64,000 nt of DNA from Clostridia bacterium (lineage in GTDB: Bacteria > Bacillota > Clostridia > Oscillospirales > CAG-272): the NCBI GenBank assembly GCA_017520505.1, contig JAFXFN010000014.1, positions 1,115 through 65,114 of the forward strand. The letters are read 5' to 3'. The notes under the pieces are model-generated. The model worked only from the letters and a program-made list of their open reading frames with translations. It was not told the origin of the DNA and made no database searches. Of the stretch, positions 28,858 through 36,989 are shown piece by piece. The stretch's first letter is position 1; every line of letters begins with the position of its first letter. A program made the translations under genes and the position numbers.

Positions 28858-29907
28858 ATGAATGACGGCAGATATAATATTTTGCTTGTTTTAACAGGCG
28901 GCACAATATGCTCATTTGCGGATTCAAAAGGCGAAAGAGCATCAGAAACAAAAAAGGCGCAAGCTCTTATAGTTGAAAATTTCCGAAAAAGTGATTCTTT
29001 ATACAGGAGCGAGAGTTGCGTTGATTTTACTCCCTGCTTTTTGCTTGATATTTTGAGTGAAAATATGACACTTACACACCTGAACACGCTGATAAGCGGA
29101 CTTAAAAAACAGGATTTTTCATTATATGACGGAGTGATAATACTTCACGGAACTGACACGCTTGCATATACCGCATCACTTTTGTCGCTTTTGCTTGCGG
29201 GAATAAATATCCCTGTGTTTCTTGTTTCAAGTCAGCTTCCTATATATGAAAAAGAAGCAAACGGAAATGATAATTTCAAAGCAGCCGTTGAACTGACGGT
29301 AAACGGAATCACCCCGAATGTTTATGCAGTATATAAAAACAGCGACGGTAAAATGTTTCTGCATTACGGCTGTCATCTTTTGCAGTGTGCAAATCATTCA
29401 AATGATTTTTACAGCTCTGATATGACGGAAATCGATGAAAAATCACCGATGCTCAAGGGTAAAAAAGCAAATGCAAAAACAATGCTGCTTGATAAAATAG
29501 ATTCAATTTCTTCACGTGTTCTTAAAATTGAGCCGTATGTCGGAATCGATTACACCTCATTTAACCTTAACGGTGTAAAGGCGGTGCTGCACGGTGTATA
29601 CCATTCAAGTACGTTGTCGGTAAATCCCTATAAAGACAATGAGAGTCATCCCGATTCTGTTATGTATCTTAAAAAAATGTGTGACAGTGTAACGCCGAAA
29701 ATACCGATATTTATACAGCCGTGTGATGAAAACGCTTATTCATACGAAACAACAGGCATCGCCCTGCGAGGCGGCATTATACCGATAAACGGAGTGACAG
29801 GAGAAACAGCATACACAAAGCTTCTTGTAGGTCTGTCGCTCGGTTATGAAGGCTCAGAGCTTGTAAGCTTTATGAACACAGATATAAATGGCGAATTTAT
29901 TTTGTAA
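28858..29907 (+). CDS. L-asparaginase family protein (type I / GatD-like fold)
   Basis: LLVLTGGTICS (nucleophile Thr motif) and ILHGTDTLAYTASLL (second Thr motif). 349 aa. Confidence 0.75.
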   Translation: MNDGRYNILLVLTGGTICSFADSKGERASETKKAQALIVENFRKSDSLYRSESCVDFTPCFLLDILSENMTLTHLNTLISGLKKQDFSLYDGVIILHGTDTLAYTASLLSLLLAGINIPVFLVSSQLPIYEKEANGNDNFKAAVELTVNGITPNVYAVYKNSDGKMFLHYGCHLLQCANHSNDFYSSDMTEIDEKSPMLKGKKANAKTMLLDKIDSISSRVLKIEPYVGIDYTSFNLNGVKAVLHGVYHSSTLSVNPYKDNESHPDSVMYLKKMCDSVTPKIPIFIQPCDENAYSYETTGIALRGGIIPINGVTGETAYTKLLVGLSLGYEGSELVSFMNTDINGEFIL

Positions 29908-29934
29908 TATACTGATTTTTTTTCGTACTTTCTA

Positions 29935-29963
29935 TTGACTTTTTTGCTGTGCTGTGATATACT
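29935..29963 (+). promoter_or_regulatory. Sigma-A promoter for the T-box/aspS operon
   Basis: TTGACT (29935-29940), a 17-nt spacer, then TATACT (29958-29963). Confidence 0.55.
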
Positions 29964-29974
29964 TCAACATAGAT

Positions 29975-30225
29975 TAATAGGCTGTGATGAAGGCAGTAGG
30001 GCAGGATCAATGTTTACAGAGAGCCGCATATCGGGTGTAAGTGCGGTAACAAATTTTACCTGAAGAACACTTCGGAGCTTGCGGAAGAAAGCCGAAAGGT
30101 CATTAGAACCGCACGTTGATCGCGTAAAGATTTAATGAAGAGGACCGTTTCGGTCAATTTGGGTGGCATCGCGGAAGAATAGCCTTTCGTCCCATATTTT
30201 GGGGCGAAAGGCATTTTGTTTTTCT
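29975..30225 (+). promoter_or_regulatory. T-box riboswitch leader
   Basis: Stem I elements are tgatga (K-turn), AGTAG and AGAGAG. The T-box sequence caatttgggtggcatcgcgg lies at about 30156-30175. The terminator is gcctttcgtccc-N7-ggggcgaaaggc plus a T-tract (30182-30222). The candidate specifier is AAC at 30066-30068, followed by A. Confidence 0.8.
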
Positions 30226-30280
30226 CCCGTATAAAATCGAGAAAAAAGAAAATATTTTACTAAAAGGAGTACAATATATT

Positions 30281-32056
30281 ATGCTTAGAACACACACTTG
30301 TAATGAACTCGGTATTAATAATATCGGGGAAAAAGTAACCCTTACAGGTTGGATGGATACTGTGCGTGACCACGGAGGCGTGCTCTTTGTTGACCTTCGT
30401 GACCATTACGGAGTAACACAGATCGTCCTTTCCGATGACTCACTGATTGCAGGAATCGCCAAGGAAACAGTTATTCTCGTTGAGGGTGTCGTTTCCAAAA
30501 GAGATGAAGAAACGGTAAATCCCAAAATCGCAACAGGTCTTATTGAAGTAAAGGCTGAAAAGGTTGAGGTGCTCGGCCCCTGTCAGCTCGGACTTCCCTT
30601 TGAGATCGATACGTCAACACAGACAAGAGAAGAGGTAAGACTAAAGTACAGATACCTCGACCTTCGTAACAGAAAAATACACGATAATATCGTGCTTCGT
30701 TCCAAGATACTCAGCTATCTCCGTTCACAGATGGAAGATCTCGGATTTTTGGAAATACAGACACCTATTCTTACAGCATCATCTCCCGAGGGTGCAAGAG
30801 ACTATCTCGTACCCAGCCGTAAGCACAAGGGCAAGTTCTACGCTCTGCCTCAGGCACCTCAGCAGTTCAAGCAGCTTCTTATGGCATCGGGATTCGACCG
30901 TTACTTCCAGATAGCACCCTGCTTCCGTGACGAGGATGCACGTCAGGACAGATCCCCCGGTGAATTCTATCAGCTCGACTTTGAAATGTCCTTTGCAACA
31001 CAGGAAGACGTATTTGCAGTTGCTGAAACTGTTGTATATAACACGTTTACAAAGTTCTCTGACAAGAAGGTATCAAAGCCCCCGTTCAAGAGAATCACGT
31101 TTGCAGATGCAATGCTGAAGTACGGTACTGATAAGCCCGACCTCCGCAATCCCCTTGAGATCAAGGATCTTACAGACTTCTTTGCAAGGCACGAATTCCT
31201 TGATATCAACGGCAGAACTGTTCCGTTTAAAAATAAGCTCGTTCGCGGTATCGTTGCAAACTATCTTGTAAAGAAGGACGGAGAGGGTGACGGTAAAAAG
31301 GCATTTGAAAAGGCTATCGACACATATTCAAGAAGCATCGGAATGAAGTTCGGATGCGGATATATTACACTTGAAGGTGATGACTTCAAGGGCCCTATCG
31401 CAAAATTCCTTACAGACGAGCAGAAGAAAGAGCTTTGTGAATTGTGCGGCGTAAAAGAAGGCGATTCGATCTTCTTTATCAGCGACAGCGCTTCCGTTAT
31501 TGACCGTCTTTCAGGTGAAATGAGAACCTGGATCGGTAACGAGCTTGGACTTATAAAGGATGATTCCTTTGAATTCTGCTTCATCGTTGACTTCCCGATG
31601 TATGAGCTCAACGCTGAAACAGGCAGAATCGACTTCACACACAACCCCTTCTCAATGCCTCAGGGCGGTATGGATGCACTTTTGAACAAGGATCCGCTTG
31701 AAATATTCGCATATCAGTACGATATCGTATGTAACGGCGTTGAGCTTTCTTCGGGTGCTGTACGTAACCACAACCCCGAAATAATGAGAAAAGCATTTGA
31801 AATTGCGGGCTACGGCGAGGAAGACCTCAAGGCGAAGTTCGGCGCACTCTATACAGCGTTTGCTTACGGCGCTCCCCCTCACGCAGGTATGGCTCCCGGT
31901 GTTGACAGAATGATAATGCTCATTGCAGGTGAGGAAACAATAAGAGACGTTATCGCATTCCCGCTTAACGGAAATGCACAGGACCTTATGATGGGCGCAC
32001 CCGGCGAGGTTACTGAACAGCAGCTTCGTGAGGTTCACATCAAGGTAAGAGATTAA
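30281..32056 (+). CDS. aspS: Aspartate--tRNA ligase
   Basis: 591 aa of bacterial-type AspRS. Motifs include FVDLRD.YG..Q, QSPQ-like ALPQAPQQFKQLLM, FQIAPCFRDED and GLDR-like PGVDRMIML. Confidence 0.95.
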   Translation: MLRTHTCNELGINNIGEKVTLTGWMDTVRDHGGVLFVDLRDHYGVTQIVLSDDSLIAGIAKETVILVEGVVSKRDEETVNPKIATGLIEVKAEKVEVLGPCQLGLPFEIDTSTQTREEVRLKYRYLDLRNRKIHDNIVLRSKILSYLRSQMEDLGFLEIQTPILTASSPEGARDYLVPSRKHKGKFYALPQAPQQFKQLLMASGFDRYFQIAPCFRDEDARQDRSPGEFYQLDFEMSFATQEDVFAVAETVVYNTFTKFSDKKVSKPPFKRITFADAMLKYGTDKPDLRNPLEIKDLTDFFARHEFLDINGRTVPFKNKLVRGIVANYLVKKDGEGDGKKAFEKAIDTYSRSIGMKFGCGYITLEGDDFKGPIAKFLTDEQKKELCELCGVKEGDSIFFISDSASVIDRLSGEMRTWIGNELGLIKDDSFEFCFIVDFPMYELNAETGRIDFTHNPFSMPQGGMDALLNKDPLEIFAYQYDIVCNGVELSSGAVRNHNPEIMRKAFEIAGYGEEDLKAKFGALYTAFAYGAPPHAGMAPGVDRMIMLIAGEETIRDVIAFPLNGNAQDLMMGAPGEVTEQQLREVHIKVRD

Positions 32057-32073
32057 TTTTAAGGAGTGTAAAT

Positions 32074-32355
32074 ATGGACAGAGTTATACTCAGAAGACTT
32101 GAGCTTCTTAATCAGCTCAGTCTGACAGAAACACAAAAGGATGAAGTTATAGCATTTTTTGCAGACAGAGAAAATGATGCAAAAGTCCTTGAAAATATAG
32201 ATACTTCAAACGTTGAACGTATGGTACACGTAATGCCCGTTATGACGGTAGTGCGTGAGGATATTCCCTCACAGCCGTTTTCACGTGACGACCTTCAGAA
32301 GGGCGCACCCGAAACCGACGAGGGCTACTGGTGCGTTCCCCGTGTCGTAGAATAA
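32074..32355 (+). CDS. gatC: Asp/Glu-tRNA amidotransferase subunit C
   Basis: 93 aa sitting between aspS and gatA. Typical GatC length and acidic character. Confidence 0.8.
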   Translation: MDRVILRRLELLNQLSLTETQKDEVIAFFADRENDAKVLENIDTSNVERMVHVMPVMTVVREDIPSQPFSRDDLQKGAPETDEGYWCVPRVVE

Positions 32356-32368
32356 GGGGGCGATCCAG

Positions 32369-33535
32369 ATGATATATACAGCAAAAAAAGACGTTAATTC
32401 CGCTTGCAAAATTGTGGCGGAGGATATGCTCTTGACAACTGATATGCCCACAGCCGCAGGCTCAAAGATGCTTGATGGTTATATGAGCCTTCTTGAAGCA
32501 GAGGTTCTTACAATACTCAAAGACAAGGGTTACGGCGTATGCGGAAAAGCTGACGTCGGTGAATTCGCCATCGATTTACTTGGCGAAACATCGTATAACG
32601 GCGCAAATACAGCAGACGGAAAGCTTTTGAATTCATCCTCTGAAATATTAAAGGCAAATGAAGCCGATGCCGTTATTGCACTTGACGTTAACGGTACGAC
32701 CCGCCGTGCGGCGGCACAAAACGGTCTTGTAAGCGTTAAGCCCACATACGGCACCGTTTCACGTTACGGTACTGTTCCCGTTGCTTGCTCCGGTGAAACT
32801 GTAAGCGTTATGGCAAAAGATGCAAAGACGTGCCGCAAGGTGCTTGATGATATTGCAGGACACGACGATAAGGACGGCACAAGCCTTCCCGAAAGTGAAA
32901 TTGCAAAAAAAGCTGATGCAAAAGAGATCAAGCGCATAGCAATTATAAATGATATGATGGCGGATGTTTCCGACGACGTCAAGGCAAATATCGATTCTGC
33001 TGTTGCAAAGCTTGATGTTGAGGTCGTAAATATCGACAGCTCTGTTATTGCATCATCACGCCCTGCATGGAATATTCTTATGAGTGCGGAGCTTTGCAAT
33101 AACGTATCAAGATACGACGGTGTAAAATACGGTCACAGAGCAGAGAAGTTCTCGGGCATTGACGAGCTTTATACAAACAGCCGTACAGAAGCATTCGGCG
33201 ACCTTCTCAAAACAGCTATAATCTTCGGTTCTGAAACGCTTTCAACTGAAAATTATATGAAGGTGTATGACAAAGCACTTCGTACACGCCGTGTGATCGT
33301 CGAGGAATTCGCAAAGATATTTGCAGAATTTGACGCTGTGATGATTCCTGCTTGCTCAAAGGCTTTCTATACAGAAGACGATGTAAAGGCAGATAAATAC
33401 GTTTCCTATAAAGAAAATTTCTATACAGCACCCGCATCAATTACGGGACTTCCCGCAGTTGTCGCAGGCGGTGTACAGCTTATAGGCAAGGCTTTTTCCG
33501 AAAATGCTCTGCTTGAGCTTGCATCAAAGATTTAA
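32369..33535 (+). CDS. gatA: GatA-homologous amidotransferase subunit, N-terminally short and with a degenerate amidase signature
   Basis: Clear GatA homology (LVSVKPTYGTVSRYG, NVSRYDGVKYG, TNSRTEAFG, ITGLPAV). It is only 388 aa. The positions of GIKDNI, GGSSGGSAAAVA and GSDTGGSIRQPA read VAEDML, LLNSSSEILKAN and ALDVNGTTRRAA. Confidence 0.75.
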   Translation: MIYTAKKDVNSACKIVAEDMLLTTDMPTAAGSKMLDGYMSLLEAEVLTILKDKGYGVCGKADVGEFAIDLLGETSYNGANTADGKLLNSSSEILKANEADAVIALDVNGTTRRAAAQNGLVSVKPTYGTVSRYGTVPVACSGETVSVMAKDAKTCRKVLDDIAGHDDKDGTSLPESEIAKKADAKEIKRIAIINDMMADVSDDVKANIDSAVAKLDVEVVNIDSSVIASSRPAWNILMSAELCNNVSRYDGVKYGHRAEKFSGIDELYTNSRTEAFGDLLKTAIIFGSETLSTENYMKVYDKALRTRRVIVEEFAKIFAEFDAVMIPACSKAFYTEDDVKADKYVSYKENFYTAPASITGLPAVVAGGVQLIGKAFSENALLELASKI

Positions 33536-33552
33536 AAGGAGGTATAACGGCT

Positions 33553-34995
33553 ATGAAATACGAAACAGTCATAGGACTTGAAGTACATGTTGAGCTTGCA
33601 ACACAGTCCAAAATTTTCTGCTCCTGTTCGGCACATTCTTACGGTGCTGAGCCTAATGAGCACGTATGCCCCGCTTGCTGCGGTATGCCGGGTATGCTTC
33701 CCGTTGTAAACAAAAGAGTTGTTGATTACGGTATGAAGGCAGGCCTTATGCTCGGCTGTCATATCAACCGTGTAACGACGTTTGACAAAAAAAGCTATTA
33801 TTATCCCGACCTTCCCGCCGCTTATCAGACGACACAGTGGTTTGCACCCGTTGCGGTAAACGGTCTTGTTGAGATTGAAACATCAAAGGGTAAAAAGGGT
33901 GTCCGCATAAAGCAGATACACATGGAAGAGGATGCAGGAAAGCTTGTGCACGATATAAGAGAAGATACAACACACGTTGACTTCAACCGTACAAGTGTTC
34001 CGCTTATCGAGATAGTCAGCCAGCCTGATCTGTCTTCGGCAGAGGAGGTCGTGGCATACCTTGACCGACTTAAAAATCTTCTCCGCTACGCAAGAGTTGC
34101 GGAGTGCGAAATGGCACACGGCACAATGAGATGTGACGTAAACCTCTCTGTCCGTCCCGAGGGAAGCGATAAGCTCGGTGTTCGTACGGAAATGAAAAAT
34201 ATGAACTCGATCGAAGCTATCAAGAGAGCTATTGAGTACGAAACGGCACGTCATATCGATGCGCTTGAAAACAATACAGAGGTGCTTGTTCAGGAAACAA
34301 GACGCTGGGACGACATCAAGGGCAAGAGCTTTGCAATGAGAACAAAGGAAACAGCAGGCGATTACCGTTATTTCCCCGATCCTAACGTAATGCCCGTTGT
34401 TATCGATGACAATTGGTTTGATGAAATCAAGTCATCACTCCCCGAATTTCCCGAGGTGAAGCGTGAACGCTATATGTCAGAATACGGTCTCGGTGAATAT
34501 GATACAGAGCAGATAACAAAGAGTATCGCACTTTGCGAATGCTTCGAAGAAGCCGCAAAGACTTGCGGAGATGCAAAAAATGCCGCAAACTGGATAATTT
34601 CAGAGGTTATGAGCATACTCAACCTCCGTCAGATGACATACGATATGCTGACGGTAAGCGGAAAATCACTCGGTGAGCTTATTACGCTTGTATCAGGCGG
34701 TAAGGTCGGACGTGCAAATGCAAAGAAGATACTTGCAGCTATGTTTGACGATGCGAGTATCAACCCAGAGGAATACGCAAATGCAAACGGATTTGTAATT
34801 TCAAACGATACAGGTCTTATTGACAAGGTCGTTAAAGAGGTTGTAGAGTCCGATCCAAAGTCTGTTGCAGACTATAAGGGCGGTAAGGAAAAAGCGCTTA
34901 TGGCTCTGTTCGGCAGATGTATGAAGGAGCTTAAAGGTAACTGCGATCCTCAGACACTTCGCAAAATACTCATCGAATATATTGACAAGATATAA
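33553..34995 (+). CDS. gatB: Asp/Glu-tRNA amidotransferase subunit B
   Basis: KYETVIGLEVHVELAT.SKIFC.C, DLPAAYQTTQ, NLSVRP and NMNS, plus a C-terminal YqeY-like tail. Confidence 0.95.
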   Translation: MKYETVIGLEVHVELATQSKIFCSCSAHSYGAEPNEHVCPACCGMPGMLPVVNKRVVDYGMKAGLMLGCHINRVTTFDKKSYYYPDLPAAYQTTQWFAPVAVNGLVEIETSKGKKGVRIKQIHMEEDAGKLVHDIREDTTHVDFNRTSVPLIEIVSQPDLSSAEEVVAYLDRLKNLLRYARVAECEMAHGTMRCDVNLSVRPEGSDKLGVRTEMKNMNSIEAIKRAIEYETARHIDALENNTEVLVQETRRWDDIKGKSFAMRTKETAGDYRYFPDPNVMPVVIDDNWFDEIKSSLPEFPEVKRERYMSEYGLGEYDTEQITKSIALCECFEEAAKTCGDAKNAANWIISEVMSILNLRQMTYDMLTVSGKSLGELITLVSGGKVGRANAKKILAAMFDDASINPEEYANANGFVISNDTGLIDKVVKEVVESDPKSVADYKGGKEKALMALFGRCMKELKGNCDPQTLRKILIEYIDKI

Positions 34996-35008
34996 TTAAA
35001 AATAAAGC

Positions 35009-35056
35009 AGACTCACATTGAAATTGATTTCAACGTGAGTCTCTTTTTGTTTTTTG
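35009..35056 (+). terminator. Rho-independent terminator of the aspS-gatCAB operon
   Basis: agactcac-N18-gtgagtct followed by ctttttgtttttt. Confidence 0.7.
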
Positions 35057-35102
35057 ATAGCACCGTTTAAAGATTTGAAATAAATTCATATCCAATACGG
35101 TT

Positions 35103-35136
35103 CAAATGAAAACGGCGGAAGATTTTCTTCCGCCGT
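35103..35136 (-). terminator. Terminator for the minus-strand GNAT gene
   Basis: acggcggaaga-tttt-cttccgccgt with a T-rich tail on the minus strand. Confidence 0.65.
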
Positions 35137-35145
35137 GAAATATAT

Positions 35146-36141
35146 TTATCTTATTTCTTTTCTCATATCTGCCCAGCAGCGTACAACCTTGAATCCTGCG
35201 GATTCATAAATATTTCTTGCGGGGTTTGTTTCACCTGTGAAAAGTGTCATAAACTCAGCACCCATATCGTGAAGTCCGGAGCAGAGGGATGAGAACAATG
35301 CACTGCCAAGACCGTACGTACGGTAGTCAGTATGTACACCTATGCCTGCAAAGTAACCGCGTCCGCTTTCCTGAACTGTAAGAGGACCTGTAAATCCGAC
35401 TACCTTTGCACGGCCGTCACCTGCGGATGCATCCTCTGCAACCAAAAGGGGCATGGGATTTTCTTTTGCTTCATTGCCCATAATTGCGGCTTTCCAGCCG
35501 GGGTTCTTGAGGTTGTCGAAAAGCTCCTCGAGGCCATAGTGACGGTTCTTGTCATAGTATGTGATCGAAAGACCGTGTTCCTTTGCCTTTTCCATTTTAG
35601 CTTTGATCTTTTCTGAGAATTCAAAGCCTTCAAGACATCTGTAATATGAATTCTGGTACGCAAAATCACGGTAACCGATATTCTTCATAAATATATAACC
35701 GCCCTGAAGCATATCTACACCGGGAATTCCGGGATGGTCGTGTCCGTCAGTACCGGGAACGATCCACGAAAGACCTACGGGGTTGTAGAATACAGCCTCA
35801 TATTTTGTGAGCGTAACGTCAGCGATCTCTTTGAGCATTTTTTCGATTTCTTCGGCAAGTGCCTTGCCTATCTTCTGACGGCGGTAGTCCTTGTCAACGA
35901 GAACGTAGGTGATATATCCTACTTCCATTCCTGCCTTGTGTGTACCTGCGGCAAAGCCGATGACCTTGTCTTTGTCAAGTGCGGCAACAGCCACCTTTTT
36001 AACGCCTGTGTATTCTTCAAAGAAAAGGCTGTTGAATTTTTCAGGTGAGAATTTCTTGATAACTATTTCATTTTGCGCATATTCGTTCCAAAAAGCGGAA
36101 AGAACACTTACATCGAGTGTTTTTGCGTTAACTGTTTTCAT
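35146..36141 (-). CDS. Tandem-GNAT acetyltransferase
   Basis: Two acetyl-CoA motifs, RRQKIGKALAEEI and RTYGLGSALFSSL, within 331 aa. Confidence 0.75.
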   Translation of the reverse strand: MKTVNAKTLDVSVLSAFWNEYAQNEIVIKKFSPEKFNSLFFEEYTGVKKVAVAALDKDKVIGFAAGTHKAGMEVGYITYVLVDKDYRRQKIGKALAEEIEKMLKEIADVTLTKYEAVFYNPVGLSWIVPGTDGHDHPGIPGVDMLQGGYIFMKNIGYRDFAYQNSYYRCLEGFEFSEKIKAKMEKAKEHGLSITYYDKNRHYGLEELFDNLKNPGWKAAIMGNEAKENPMPLLVAEDASAGDGRAKVVGFTGPLTVQESGRGYFAGIGVHTDYRTYGLGSALFSSLCSGLHDMGAEFMTLFTGETNPARNIYESAGFKVVRCWADMRKEIR

Positions 36142-36268
36142 AATAAACCTCGCTTATATTTATTATAATCATTATAATATAAGCTGTTTTATTTGTCAAT
36201 ATTTATTCTCGAAAAGCTGAACGGAGTATCTGAAAAGTAAAAATTGTAAGTAAATTTATATAAATCGC

Positions 36269-36297
36269 TTGACAAATTTAATAAACTGTGCTACTAT
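36269..36297 (+). promoter_or_regulatory. Sigma-A promoter with an extended -10
   Basis: TTGACA (36269-36274), a 17-nt spacer ending in TGC, then TACTAT (36292-36297). Confidence 0.55.
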
Positions 36298-36323
36298 TAA
36301 TGCAAAGGAGAGGAGTGAAGTTA

Positions 36324-36977
36324 ATGCAAAAAAGCTTATACAGTCTGATTCTCTCAGACTCTGTAATATCAAAAATAGATATGCTTGCCTTGAAGCAGGG
36401 CACGAACAGATCGAATATGATAAATATGATCCTTGCCGATTACGTTTCTTTGACAACCCCGGAGATGCACATCGAAAACGTTTTCAGACAAATGGAGCAA
36501 ATGCTGTCGGTGTATGATAATATCGTTCCCATAATGATACCGAACAGAGCAACGATGTCTGTAAAAAGCACGCTTGAATATAAATACAGACCTACTGTGA
36601 AATATGATATACATCTGTACCGAAATATACAAAACGGTGCATTCGGTGAGCTGTCTGTGTCATTCCGCACGCAGTCGGAGTCGCTTATCTCGCTTACGGA
36701 GGAGTTTTTCAAATTTTGGTGCAGACTCGAAAATGCGTATATACAAAGAGCCTTTAAAAATGATATACGGTACTATTATACAGACGGTAAATTCGTGCGC
36801 ACGCTGATGTGCGCAGATGATGCAAGCACTACACCCGAAGCACTTGCCGATGGTATATCGTCCTACGTAAGAGTGCTTGATGATATTATGAAAGGAACTG
36901 TATCGGGCAGATATTCACTTTCGGATTCTGAAGAAAAATACGTTTCTTATTTAAAAAATTCAAAGTTGATGGTTTAA
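36324..36977 (+). CDS. Hypothetical protein with an N-terminal ribbon-helix-helix (CopG-like) motif
   Basis: LSDSVISKIDMLALKQGTNRSNMINMILADYVS fits the RHH beta-alpha-alpha pattern. The remaining 180 aa are unassigned. clpB starts 12 nt downstream. Confidence 0.55.
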   Translation: MQKSLYSLILSDSVISKIDMLALKQGTNRSNMINMILADYVSLTTPEMHIENVFRQMEQMLSVYDNIVPIMIPNRATMSVKSTLEYKYRPTVKYDIHLYRNIQNGAFGELSVSFRTQSESLISLTEEFFKFWCRLENAYIQRAFKNDIRYYYTDGKFVRTLMCADDASTTPEALADGISSYVRVLDDIMKGTVSGRYSLSDSEEKYVSYLKNSKLMV

Positions 36978-36989
36978 GGAGGAAGAAAT

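Noticed and set aside
36142-36330. CtsR box or CIRCE element controlling clpB
   Set aside because: I searched by eye for GGTCAAA direct repeats and for TTAGCACTC-N9-GAGTGCTAA on both strands. Neither is present.
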